Made by a program: the position numbers and the translations under genes. Shown piece after piece: positions 27,733 to 37,120 of a stretch of DNA of 64,000 nt (the stretch's first letter is position 1; every line of letters begins with the position of its first letter). This stretch comes from Candidatus Babeliales bacterium. GTDB taxonomy: Bacteria > Babelota > Babeliae > Babelales > JANWKD01. Below the pieces are notes generated by a model. That model did not search any database, was not told the DNA's origin, and saw only the letters and a list, made by a program, of their open reading frames with translations. The stretch spans positions 331,323-395,322 of the forward strand of contig CAVXJH010000003.1 in assembly GCA_963762115.1 (NCBI GenBank), in the 5' to 3' direction.

Positions 27733-29436
27733 ATGAACAAAGAAGAAAAATTACAAATTTTACGACATTCAGCGGCACATTTATTAGCTCAAGCAACAGT
27801 TGCACTGTATCCTAAAACAATTCTAACCATAGGTCCTGCGACTAAAGAAGGGTTTTTTTATGATGTTTTACCCCATCAAAATTTTAAGGAAGAAGATTTA
27901 GCAATCCTTGAAGCTAAAATGCATGAACTCTCAAAAAAAAATTATCCAATCACCCATGAAGAAATTTCAAAAGAAAAAGCTCGCGTTATTTTCAAAGATA
28001 ACCCTTTCAAATTAGAACTGATTGAAGGAATACCTGGTGATACCGTAGGATTATCACGCCAAGGAGATTTTTATGACCTTTGTCGCGGTGGTCACGTTGC
28101 TTCAACCGGTGATATCAACTATTTTAAATTGCTCAACATTTCTGGCTCATATTGGCGTGCTGATAGAAACGGTCAAGCTTTGCAACGCATCACAGGAACT
28201 GCTTTTTTAAGTCAAGAAGATTTTAATGAATATGAAAGACTAAAAGAAGAAGCAGAAAAATATGATCATCGAAAACTTGGCAAGCAAATGAATCTCTTTT
28301 CATTTCATGATGAAGGAGTTGGCTTTCCCTTCTTTCATCCAAAAGGTAAAACGGTTATCAATATTTTGATTAATTTCCTTAAAAAAATTCTTGATCGCTA
28401 CAATTACCAAGAAATTTCATCACCGATCATGTTAAGCGATGACTTATGGAAACAATCAGGTCATTATGCTCATTATAAAGATAATATGTATTTTTCAACC
28501 ATTGATGAAAAACATTATGCAATACGCCCCATGAACTGTCCTGGTGCTATTTTGACGTATAAAGAACGACCTCATTCTTATCGAGAATTACCTTTAAAAT
28601 TATCAGAATTTGGCCTTGTTCACCGTCATGAATTATCTGGTGTTTTACACGGATTATTTCGTGTACGAGCATTTACACAAGATGATGCTCATGTTTTTTG
28701 CACGGTTAATCAACTGCAAGATGAAATATCCTCTATGATCAGTATGATTTTTCTTGTTTATAAAAAATTTGAATTCAAAGAAATAAAAGTTGCTGTCTCC
28801 ACAAGACCAGCCAATTCAATGGGAAGTACTGAATTATGGGATACAGCCACCAATGCATTAACTAAGGCTCTTGATAATCAAAAAATACCCTATACCATAC
28901 AAAAAGGTGAAGGGGCATTTTACGGACCAAAAATCGAATTTATTATTCGAGATTCAATGGGCCGTGAATGGCAGTGTGGCACAATACAAGTTGATTTTGC
29001 CCAGCCTGAAAATTTTGATCTGTCATATGTTTCAGCACAAGGCAATAAAGAACGACCTGTTATGATACATCGAGCAATATATGGATCTATGGAAAGATTC
29101 TTTGGCATATTATTAGAGCATTTCAAAGGGCATTTACCATTTTGGTTAGCGCCAATACAAATAAAAATTCTCACTATTACTGATGAGCAAAAAGAATATG
29201 CAAAGAAAATCATGCAAGAACTTAAGAATCAAGATGTTCGCATAGAGCTAGATGAATCATCAGATCCAATTTCGGGACAAATTAAAACAGCACAATTGGA
29301 AAAAATTCCATGGATGTTAGTTCTTGGCAAAAAAGAGATGGCAAACGAAACAGTTACCTTACGTTATAATGATGGAAAACAAGAATTTGGCATAACCTTC
29401 GATGAATTACTTACTAAAATTAAGGAAAATTCTTAA
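27733..29436 (+). CDS. thrS: threonine--tRNA ligase (no N-terminal TGS domain)
   Basis: Begins directly in the editing domain (RHSAAHLLAQA, CRGGHV). Class II catalytic core and C-terminal anticodon-binding domain are present. 567 aa. Confidence 0.95.
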   Translation: MNKEEKLQILRHSAAHLLAQATVALYPKTILTIGPATKEGFFYDVLPHQNFKEEDLAILEAKMHELSKKNYPITHEEISKEKARVIFKDNPFKLELIEGIPGDTVGLSRQGDFYDLCRGGHVASTGDINYFKLLNISGSYWRADRNGQALQRITGTAFLSQEDFNEYERLKEEAEKYDHRKLGKQMNLFSFHDEGVGFPFFHPKGKTVINILINFLKKILDRYNYQEISSPIMLSDDLWKQSGHYAHYKDNMYFSTIDEKHYAIRPMNCPGAILTYKERPHSYRELPLKLSEFGLVHRHELSGVLHGLFRVRAFTQDDAHVFCTVNQLQDEISSMISMIFLVYKKFEFKEIKVAVSTRPANSMGSTELWDTATNALTKALDNQKIPYTIQKGEGAFYGPKIEFIIRDSMGREWQCGTIQVDFAQPENFDLSYVSAQGNKERPVMIHRAIYGSMERFFGILLEHFKGHLPFWLAPIQIKILTITDEQKEYAKKIMQELKNQDVRIELDESSDPISGQIKTAQLEKIPWMLVLGKKEMANETVTLRYNDGKQEFGITFDELLTKIKENS

Positions 29437-29625
29437 ATAATGAAAAAACCTTTTAAAACCGCAATTACACTCAATAGTAATTGACAAAATGGCATTATAA
29501 AATAAAACAAAAAAAAATAAATTTAAAATTGTTTTTGAAAAACCGTTGACTTCGACTTGCAATAACGATTACATTTAAATTGTATGGTATGAAGTTGTAG
29601 TATTAATCCTTAACAAGGAGAAACA

Positions 29626-29985
29626 ATGGTTGCAAAGAGAAAAAAAGCTGCTCCAAAGAAGAGAACAGTAAAAAGAGCTGCTCCTAAACGTAAAGTAGCT
29701 AAAAAGGCTGCTCCTAAGAGAAAAACAGTTAAAAGAGCTGCCCCAAAACGTAAAGTCGTAAAAAGAGCTGCTCCTAAACGTAAAGTAGCTAAAAAGGCTG
29801 CTCCTAAGAGAAAAACAGTTAAAAGAGCTGCCCCAAAACGTAAAGCCGTTAAAAGAGCTGCTCCTAAACGTAAAGTAGCTAAAAAGGCTGCTCCTAAGAG
29901 AAAAACAGTTAAAAGAGCTGCTCCTAAAAGACGTGTAGCTAAAAAAGTAGCTGTTACCACCCACATTGTCGGCGCTACTCACTAA
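29626..29985 (+). CDS. lysine/alanine-rich histone H1-like (Hc-like) DNA-binding protein
   Basis: Strong RBS aaggag 7 nt before the ATG. 119 aa made of KRAAPKRKVA/KKAAPKRKTV decapeptides. The antisense ORFs in the track are repeat artefacts. Confidence 0.8.
   Translation: MVAKRKKAAPKKRTVKRAAPKRKVAKKAAPKRKTVKRAAPKRKVVKRAAPKRKVAKKAAPKRKTVKRAAPKRKAVKRAAPKRKVAKKAAPKRKTVKRAAPKRRVAKKVAVTTHIVGATH
29641..29940 (+). repeat. ten 30-bp in-frame repeats organised as a 90-bp higher-order unit x3
   Basis: 29671-29730, 29761-29820 and 29851-29910 are identical 60-mers. They are interleaved with aaaagagctgccccaaaacgtaaag(t/c)cgt(a/t). Confidence 0.9.
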
Positions 29986-30043
29986 ATCTCAAATATAATA
30001 AAATAAAGGGCGATATAATTTAATTATGTTGCCTTTTATTTTA

Positions 30044-30718
30044 TTAACGCATTTTTTTAACCCCTTTTCTTATACAAAGATCAAATACTGGGCACCGAGA
30101 ACAAAATGGTGCAACAGGAACACAAATATTCTGTCCCCACATTACCAATAATTTGTTATATTCTATCCAAAATTCTGGTGGCAGAATTTTCATTAATTCT
30201 TTTTCAGTTTCTTCTGGCGTTTTTGTTTCAACTAATCCTAAACGATTAGAAATGCGATGAACATGAATATCAACGCACAAAGCAGGAATGCCAAAAGCAA
30301 CGCCAAGCACTAAATTTGCCGTCTTAGGACCAACTCCTTTGATAAACATTAATTGTTCTTTTGTATGCGGTACTTCACCATTAAACTGTTCTATCAATTG
30401 CCTACTCACTTCTTTGAGCGTTTGAGCTTTCTTTTTATAAAAACCAATTGAATGAATTTCATGTTCAAGGTCTTCGAGGGGGAAATCAACAAATTGTTGT
30501 GGTGTTCTTGCTTTTTTGAATAACAACTTGCACACAGGATAGGTCATGACATCACGAGCTCGCAGACTCAATAAACAACTTATTAAAATAAGAAAAGGAT
30601 CATTATTATATTCTTTTGCTATAAGTTCGCTCATGGGCTGCATCATTCCTTGCGTTGCTGTTCGCAAAATCTCAATAATAGCGAGCGCTCGTTGTGTTTT
30701 TTTGTTTATAATCATCAT
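30044..30718 (-). CDS. nth: endonuclease III
   Basis: HhH-GPD element IKGVGPKTANLVLG. C-terminal 4Fe-4S ligands C-x6-C-x2-C-x5-C (CVPVAPFCSRCPVFDLC). Confidence 0.92.
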   Translation of the reverse strand: MMIINKKTQRALAIIEILRTATQGMMQPMSELIAKEYNNDPFLILISCLLSLRARDVMTYPVCKLLFKKARTPQQFVDFPLEDLEHEIHSIGFYKKKAQTLKEVSRQLIEQFNGEVPHTKEQLMFIKGVGPKTANLVLGVAFGIPALCVDIHVHRISNRLGLVETKTPEETEKELMKILPPEFWIEYNKLLVMWGQNICVPVAPFCSRCPVFDLCIRKGVKKMR

Positions 30719-30786
30719 AATCCCCTTAATAGGACCACACTTCTCACTTTAATCTGCTTTATGACTTATGTGTGTTAATATTATTC

Positions 30787-31347
30787 TCATTTCGATTCTG
30801 CAAATAATTGACTCTCAATTGATCTATTATGTTCATCAATAATTTCTCTTTTTGTTTCTTCAATATTTTGCAGTATACAGTTTCTTAAGACATTAAGAAG
30901 ATTTAATATATTTATAAAGTCCTGACAGGACAAAGGCTCAAAAAGAGCTTGATTAATTTTAATATCAAGAGCCTTACCAGAATTATTATCAATAATCATG
31001 AATACTTTGACAGGATCATATTCTGTTTTTTCAGTATGAGCAACATGTTTATTTCTTAATTCTATTAATTTTTTATGTAAATCCTTTTGCTCATTGCTTA
31101 CATCCTTTAAATCAATGAAAGATAAAACTGCTTCACGATTGTCTTTTGAAAAAAGCTTTCTATAAATAATAATAATTCCATGATAACCATGAAAATGTTT
31201 ACAATTACTAGTCCTACACTTTTCCATTTCAAAATTAACTAGGTCAATAAGGGTTAAAAGGTCTCCATCAATGCGAATTAAACCCTTTAATTTTTTAACA
31301 TCATCACTTTCAACTGTAATGAGAGAACATCTGGTATTATCATTCAT
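30787..31347 (-). CDS. hypothetical cytoplasmic protein with HEPN-like R-x5-H motif
   Basis: 186-aa ORF with no leader. ELRNKHVAHTE fits the Rx4-6H HEPN signature in a helical context. Functional assignment is tentative. Confidence 0.5.
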   Translation of the reverse strand: MNDNTRCSLITVESDDVKKLKGLIRIDGDLLTLIDLVNFEMEKCRTSNCKHFHGYHGIIIIYRKLFSKDNREAVLSFIDLKDVSNEQKDLHKKLIELRNKHVAHTEKTEYDPVKVFMIIDNNSGKALDIKINQALFEPLSCQDFINILNLLNVLRNCILQNIEETKREIIDEHNRSIESQLFAESK

Positions 31348-31598
31348 AAATTACAATTATCCTAAAATAATTTTATATTTTTTCTTTAAGTAATGAACAA
31401 GTTAAATTATAATTATAGTATTCTAACTTTTTATTAATTCCTTTTTTTACTATCAAGTTCTTTTCAATTTTTCATAGACTCAAAAATACTTCTATAATTA
31501 TTATTTCTTATTATTTTTACATATTTTTTCATTAAATTTTTCCTCTTTAAAAAGTGATTATTATTTTTTTTGTTTCTAACATTACCATATAAAAAGTA

Positions 31599-34184
31599 CT
31601 AATTTCCAAGCCAATCTTTCCATCCTCCCCATCCTTTGTTAGCATATACGCTATTTGGTGCAATAGGGATATCGATAGGACAAAAACCAGTTTTAGTCCA
31701 TGTAAACCAATCTTCTTTACCCCTAAGAGAAAGACTTCTAGCAAAAGCTCTGGCTTCTTCAAACCCTTTAAATTCTTTTTTAAAACTCGCAATATTTCCG
31801 GTTCCTAAAAAATCACCCCAACCACACCATTCTTCAGCATAAACACTCCTAGGGTCGGCTGGAATATCGCTAGGTCGTTCTTCGCTTTTTGCAAAATTTG
31901 TCCAATCATTTTTATTTTTCAGATCAAGCGAATGTGCATATTTTCTTGCTTCAACAAATGTACAAAACTGGCGATTTTGGTTAGCAATTACATTAGTTCC
32001 TAAAAAATCCCCCCAACCTGCCCATCCCTTATTTGCAAAGGTTCTTTCTGGTTTACCTGAAATATCATTTGGCAATTGATTATTTTTTTTATATTCACGC
32101 CATTCAAATTCATTTTTTAATCCAAGGGATTGCACAAATTTTTTTGTTTCTTCAAAAGAACGGAATTTTTGTTTTTGTGACGCGATAGTATTTGTACCTA
32201 GGAAATCTCCCCAATCTAACCATCCTTTATCTCTATATGCTTTATCTGGAGCTGAAGGAATATTTTTTGGTCTCTGATCTGATTGTGCCCATTGAACCCA
32301 TTCACTCCAGCTTTTTAAACCCAGATTTCTTGCAAAAGCTCTTGCTTCTTCAAATGGAACAAAATTTCGACTCATTTGAATTGCTTCACGCAGTTTTTCA
32401 AAAGTATTAATGTTACAAACACCACTTGTATAGCGAAGTAAAAATTCTAAAGGATTAGTTTTTTGTAAAATATCAAAACCAATATCCTCAACAGAGATTC
32501 CTTGCATACGCAAAGTTTGACGGGACAACATACCCCATATTTGCTTAGCAACTTCTTCTTTGTGCTCAACAATACCATAGCCATCAAGAATTTCAGGAAT
32601 CATCCTCTTATATTCATCCCAAAGCCGTAAGGTGTCTTCAGCAGCTATTGGATCATTATTAATTATACTGATTAATTGGTTAGTAACATCTTCAACTAAG
32701 GATAATTTTTGAACTTCATCTGGAATTACAACGCTCAACCAATCATTACTTTTTTTAAAATCAACATTATTATTTTCATTCTTTTTTTTCTCTAAAGGCA
32801 TTTTGATTTTTACTGGATTGAAAATATTCTCTAAAATTAATGACGCATAAATTGCCTTGAGATAATCATTAAGATTGTTTCGAAACATTTCATCATCTTG
32901 TTGCTCTAAAGAGAAAGGTAATAGTTGAATAACTTCAATATGGCTTTTATTCGGGGCATCTCTAAAAAGCCGTCCAATCATTTGTATTATATCAACCAAT
33001 GATGATCGAGCGCCTACAATGATAGCACGATCAGCCCAAATCCAATTGGCACCTTCTTTGAACATCCCTAAAGCAATAATAACATCTAGAGCTTCGCGGT
33101 CTGCTTTTAATCTTGGATCGTTGATAAAGTCCTTTTTTTCAATGCGCTGATTTTCATCAACAAGATCAAGAATTTTAAAATCTCCATTTTCATTGCTAAT
33201 AATGTGCAAACCATTCACATTTTTGGAAATGATGCCATTATAAACCTTACTAAATTTATTAATGATATTTTCTACTTCTTGATATTTGTTTCCCATTGAA
33301 TATAGAGAATTAGGATGTGGAACATAAATAATATCTTTTGCTTTTCTACTCAATGCTAATAACTCAATTGCTTTTGTATAATCTTGACCACAAATCAAAA
33401 AATCAAAATTAAAGGATTTAAGATAGATCATTGAATTGAGATATTCATCATAGGGTAAATTAAATCTAATAAATTTAGATTCCATAGCAGCAGTGAGCAA
33501 AGATCCTCTATCGCCACGAAAAAAAGAAGCTGTCGTAAGCCCAACTTGTAGATGACTTGAAAAATTATTCAAACAATATGCAACTAATTCTCCAAGAGCA
33601 TTGCTTATTACAACGCCTTTAAAAGCTTCATTTTCTAAATTTTTTACATGATGAGCTTCATCGATCCAAATTAAAAGATTATTTAACAAATCCAAACGAT
33701 TATCAAATTTTAATTTTTTATATACAGCAACTAAAGTAGCATGAGTACAAAGAATAACTTTTTCAGCAAAAACATCTGTAGGATTATTAAGCCAGCTGAT
33801 CAAATATCTTACTGTGCCATTATGTGATTGATTTTTATTACAAAGATTATGGACAACTTTCCAATCTATTTTTTCTCCATTTGGCATCTGGAAATTAGCT
33901 TCAGCAAAACCCGATGCTATTATAGTTTGTGGAACAGTAATTATAGCACGTAAAGCACGATCATTTTTCAATTTAAAAGCAGTTAAGAGACAAATCAACC
34001 AAGATTTACCACTTCCCATTGGAGCATTAATGATCATAAAAGGCTTCGTTTGTAACAACTCGAATGCTTTGATTTGCCAACCACGCATTGCAAAATAGCT
34101 GCCAGTCAAATCAGTAGATTGTTCAGCTTCGCTAGTTAAAATTAAATTAAAGCCTGTTTGTTTTAACGGCTCTTGATAGTCCAT
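31599..34184 (-). CDS. SF2 DEAH-box helicase with four C-terminal W/G-rich ~66-aa repeats
   Basis: Motif I NAPMGSGKS, motif II WIDEAHH, motif III TTAS, motif VI QMIGRLFR. The C-terminal 254 aa hold 4 repeats of F-x-x-F-E-E-A-R-x-F-A-x-x-L-x-L-K...W...P..IP..P...Y..KGW.GWGDFLG. Confidence 0.85.
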   Translation of the reverse strand: MDYQEPLKQTGFNLILTSEAEQSTDLTGSYFAMRGWQIKAFELLQTKPFMIINAPMGSGKSWLICLLTAFKLKNDRALRAIITVPQTIIASGFAEANFQMPNGEKIDWKVVHNLCNKNQSHNGTVRYLISWLNNPTDVFAEKVILCTHATLVAVYKKLKFDNRLDLLNNLLIWIDEAHHVKNLENEAFKGVVISNALGELVAYCLNNFSSHLQVGLTTASFFRGDRGSLLTAAMESKFIRFNLPYDEYLNSMIYLKSFNFDFLICGQDYTKAIELLALSRKAKDIIYVPHPNSLYSMGNKYQEVENIINKFSKVYNGIISKNVNGLHIISNENGDFKILDLVDENQRIEKKDFINDPRLKADREALDVIIALGMFKEGANWIWADRAIIVGARSSLVDIIQMIGRLFRDAPNKSHIEVIQLLPFSLEQQDDEMFRNNLNDYLKAIYASLILENIFNPVKIKMPLEKKKNENNNVDFKKSNDWLSVVIPDEVQKLSLVEDVTNQLISIINNDPIAAEDTLRLWDEYKRMIPEILDGYGIVEHKEEVAKQIWGMLSRQTLRMQGISVEDIGFDILQKTNPLEFLLRYTSGVCNINTFEKLREAIQMSRNFVPFEEARAFARNLGLKSWSEWVQWAQSDQRPKNIPSAPDKAYRDKGWLDWGDFLGTNTIASQKQKFRSFEETKKFVQSLGLKNEFEWREYKKNNQLPNDISGKPERTFANKGWAGWGDFLGTNVIANQNRQFCTFVEARKYAHSLDLKNKNDWTNFAKSEERPSDIPADPRSVYAEEWCGWGDFLGTGNIASFKKEFKGFEEARAFARSLSLRGKEDWFTWTKTGFCPIDIPIAPNSVYANKGWGGWKDWLGN

Positions 34185-34410
34185 TTATCTTCTTTCAGTA
34201 TTTAATTCAATATGAACAATATCTATAATAACAACTTATAAAAACAACAATTCCAATAACACGCAATCAATTATAAATTGTAACTATATTTGCTCAAAAA
34301 ACAAAGAATAAGTTGACCTTAAAAATGAAGCTTATAATCATCTCTTTTCTTGCGCAAAAAGTTGTAATACTTTATTCTGCTACTAGGGTAAAATTCTAGG
34401 AAAACAAACT

Positions 34411-35346
34411 ATGACAATTGCAGATTTTTTAGATAAAAAACAAGAATTTCTCATTCATATTGATGTTGAAAAAAATCTTTCGGAAAACACGTACCGTGCT
34501 TATGAAAGCGATTTAGATCAATTTTATATATTTTGGCAAAATATAAATAGTCAGGCAACTGAAGAAATTCCCTTAAGAAGAGCTCTCGAGCGTTTTTTGA
34601 TTATGTTGTATCATAAAAAAATTGATAAAAGCACCATTGCTCGAAAACTTTCTTGTTTTCAATCTTTTGAAAAATATATTCTCAGCAGAGGCGTCGAACT
34701 ACGTTTAAAATTAACGCGTCCACGTTTAGATAAAAAATTACCAATATATCTCAGTATTGATGAAATAATTCATTTATTAGACACCATAAAAAATGAAGAT
34801 CTGCCAACAAAAAATCCCTTACGAGACAAATCAATCTTCGAATTATTATATGCAACAGGAGTGCGTTGTTCTGAATTAGTAAATATCAAAATCGATGAAA
34901 TTGATTTTGAACAAAAAATAATTAGAATCCTTGGAAAAGGTAAAAAGGAACGGATTGTTCTTTTTGGCAGCAAAGCACTAAGAAAATTGCAAGAATATAT
35001 TGAATTTGAACGTCAAGGAATCAGTGAGTGTCCTTATCTTTTTCTTAATAATCGCAACGAACAATTAACAAGTAGGTCAGTTCAAAGAATTTTTGAGATG
35101 TTTAGAAAATTTTTAAAAATTGAACGAAAAATCACTCCTCATAAAATTAGACATTCTTTTGCAACACATCTCTTAACCCAAGGTGCCGACTTGCGTATTG
35201 TTCAAGAACTTCTTGGCCATAAAACTATAGCAAGCACTGAAAAATATACCCATTTAACCGTTGTAGAGCTGACAGAATTATGTGATACCCTTCATCCAAT
35301 ACACAACTTTGAAAAAATAAGGGACAAAAAGAATGAAGGCTCCTGA
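34411..35346 (+). CDS. tyrosine site-specific recombinase, XerC/XerD family
   Basis: N-terminal SAM-like domain (NLSENTYRAYESDLDQF). Catalytic residues sit in ATGVRCSEL, HKIRHSFATHLL and LGHKTIASTEKYTH. Confidence 0.88.
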   Translation: MTIADFLDKKQEFLIHIDVEKNLSENTYRAYESDLDQFYIFWQNINSQATEEIPLRRALERFLIMLYHKKIDKSTIARKLSCFQSFEKYILSRGVELRLKLTRPRLDKKLPIYLSIDEIIHLLDTIKNEDLPTKNPLRDKSIFELLYATGVRCSELVNIKIDEIDFEQKIIRILGKGKKERIVLFGSKALRKLQEYIEFERQGISECPYLFLNNRNEQLTSRSVQRIFEMFRKFLKIERKITPHKIRHSFATHLLTQGADLRIVQELLGHKTIASTEKYTHLTVVELTELCDTLHPIHNFEKIRDKKNEGS

Positions 35347-37051
35347 AGATTATACAAAGAAAATTATTCCCCTTGCTTGGTGGTTTATTTTTTTTTTGAT
35401 GATCATATGTATCAGACTCTTCTATTTACAAATTATTTCTGCTCATAATTTTTTTGCATTAAGTGTTAAAAATTTTCTTCGCACAGAATCAATTACATCA
35501 CCACGAGGGAATATTCTTGACTGCAATGGTATATTACTTGCTACCAATCGACCTATAACAACGCTTTATTGGCAAGGTTCAGGTAATAAAATCCTTACAG
35601 AAGCTCAACGCATGGTAGCTGAGCAAATTATTGGCATTACCGAAACATCAAGCGAAAAAATAGTACCCGCTATTAAACATGCAGAGAAAACTGGCACCAA
35701 AACAATTATTGCCCATGAAATTTCTTTTGAGCAGCTGAGTAAAATTATTGAACAATTTCCTGATAATAAAAATATTTTTTTATTTACTGATTATAAGCGA
35801 TTTTATCCTTATAAAAAAGTTGCAAGCCACATCCTGGGCCACATAAATCAATTAGATAAAGAGACTAAAGGAAAAATGGGATTAGAGAAAATCTTACACA
35901 ATAAATTACAGGGACAAGAAGGCCAATTATTAAAAACGATCAATTCCTTAGGAAGCAATATTAAGGAAACTCAAATTAAAAAGGCTCTTGCTGGGGAAAA
36001 TATCAATACAACAATAGACCTTTCATTACAATTACTCGCCGAATCTTTGTTTCCTGAAAATTATGCCGGCACTCTTTTGGTAATGAATCCAAAGAATGGT
36101 GCTATTAAAGCGCTTGTTTCCCGACCAAATTTCGACCCTACTGTTTTTCTAGAACCTATTGCTATACCCGACTGGCAAGATTTACAACAAGGCCAACCTT
36201 TTTTAAATCGAGCATTTGATACTTGCTATCCCCCCGCATCTACCTTCAAATTAATTACTATTAGCGCTGCGCTGGAGCAAGGCATTGTAAAAATTGACGA
36301 TAGCCTCTACTGTTGCGGATACTTTAATTTTTGTGGAAGGCGTTATTATTGCGATAAACGTTCAGGGCATGGACAATTAACGGTCAAAGAAGCTGTTGCT
36401 AAATCATGCAATATCTTATTTTACTACATCGCAACAAAGATTTCCGTTGACCTTCTAGCTCAGTATGCTCATAAATTTGGACTTGGCGCAAAAACAAATA
36501 TGATTTTTCCGGAAAAAAATGGCCTTGTGCCTTCATGTGCATGGAAATTACAAGAAAAAGGCGAACGTTGGTGGCAAGGAGAAACATTATCCTGTGCAAT
36601 AGGACAAAGCTATTTATTAGCAACGCCGGTACAAATTGCTTGCATGATCTCGAGCATTTTTGAAGGATATTTAGTTACACCCCGCATTCTTGAAAATGAA
36701 CCCATTTTTTACCGCCCCTTAGAACTAAAGCAAGAAACAAGAAAATTATTAAGAAAATATATGAAATTAGCGGTAAAAATAGGAACATGTATAAAATTAA
36801 ATTCCTTCACTGATTTAACCATATTTGCTAAAACAGGAACCGCTCAAACATGCAGTCTTTCCCATCAAAAAAAATTGCGTGCCAGTTCATCGGCACACGC
36901 CTGGTTTGTATGTTACTTTTATTTTCAGGATGAAGAACCACTTACCTTAGTTATTCTCATAGAAAATGCTGGCAGCTCACGAGTGGCTACCTCAATTGCA
37001 AAAGAATTTTTAACCGCCTTTCAATCCCAAAAAATATCCTTAAAAAAATAA
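35333..37051 (+). CDS. class B penicillin-binding protein (PBP2/FtsI-type transpeptidase)
   Basis: N-terminal membrane anchor. SxxK (ASTFK), SxN (SCN) and KTG (KTGTA) motifs. 14-nt overlap with the xer gene. Confidence 0.85.
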   Translation: MKAPEDYTKKIIPLAWWFIFFLMIICIRLFYLQIISAHNFFALSVKNFLRTESITSPRGNILDCNGILLATNRPITTLYWQGSGNKILTEAQRMVAEQIIGITETSSEKIVPAIKHAEKTGTKTIIAHEISFEQLSKIIEQFPDNKNIFLFTDYKRFYPYKKVASHILGHINQLDKETKGKMGLEKILHNKLQGQEGQLLKTINSLGSNIKETQIKKALAGENINTTIDLSLQLLAESLFPENYAGTLLVMNPKNGAIKALVSRPNFDPTVFLEPIAIPDWQDLQQGQPFLNRAFDTCYPPASTFKLITISAALEQGIVKIDDSLYCCGYFNFCGRRYYCDKRSGHGQLTVKEAVAKSCNILFYYIATKISVDLLAQYAHKFGLGAKTNMIFPEKNGLVPSCAWKLQEKGERWWQGETLSCAIGQSYLLATPVQIACMISSIFEGYLVTPRILENEPIFYRPLELKQETRKLLRKYMKLAVKIGTCIKLNSFTDLTIFAKTGTAQTCSLSHQKKLRASSSAHAWFVCYFYFQDEEPLTLVILIENAGSSRVATSIAKEFLTAFQSQKISLKK

Positions 37052-37120
37052 TTTTATTTACTTCAAAACAAAAAAAAATTTAGTATTACTCCAAATTACT
37101 TAATAAATTCATTTGGAGAA

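Noticed and set aside
29440-29484. 14-codon ORF (MKKPFKTAITLNSN) immediately after thrS.
   Set aside because: It is too short, has no RBS or conservation evidence, and is likely a chance ORF.
29575-29982. Two antisense ORFs (135 aa and 118 aa) opposite the H1-like gene.
   Set aside because: The plus-strand frame has a strong aaggag RBS at correct spacing and a biologically sensible Lys/Ala-rich product. The antisense products are Phe/Ser/Leu low-complexity artefacts of the same repeat.
31547-31792. 81-aa minus-strand ORF overlapping the 3-prime end of the helicase gene.
   Set aside because: It is out of frame within the helicase repeat region. It has no RBS and a low-complexity Lys/Leu product.
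34411-35346. The tyrosine recombinase next to the helicase/HEPN pair as a possible integrase of an integrated mobile element.
   Set aside because: The sequence has the XerC/XerD-type N-terminal and catalytic motifs. It overlaps translationally with the core PBP gene. No att-like direct repeats or tRNA target were found flanking 30.7-35.3 kb.
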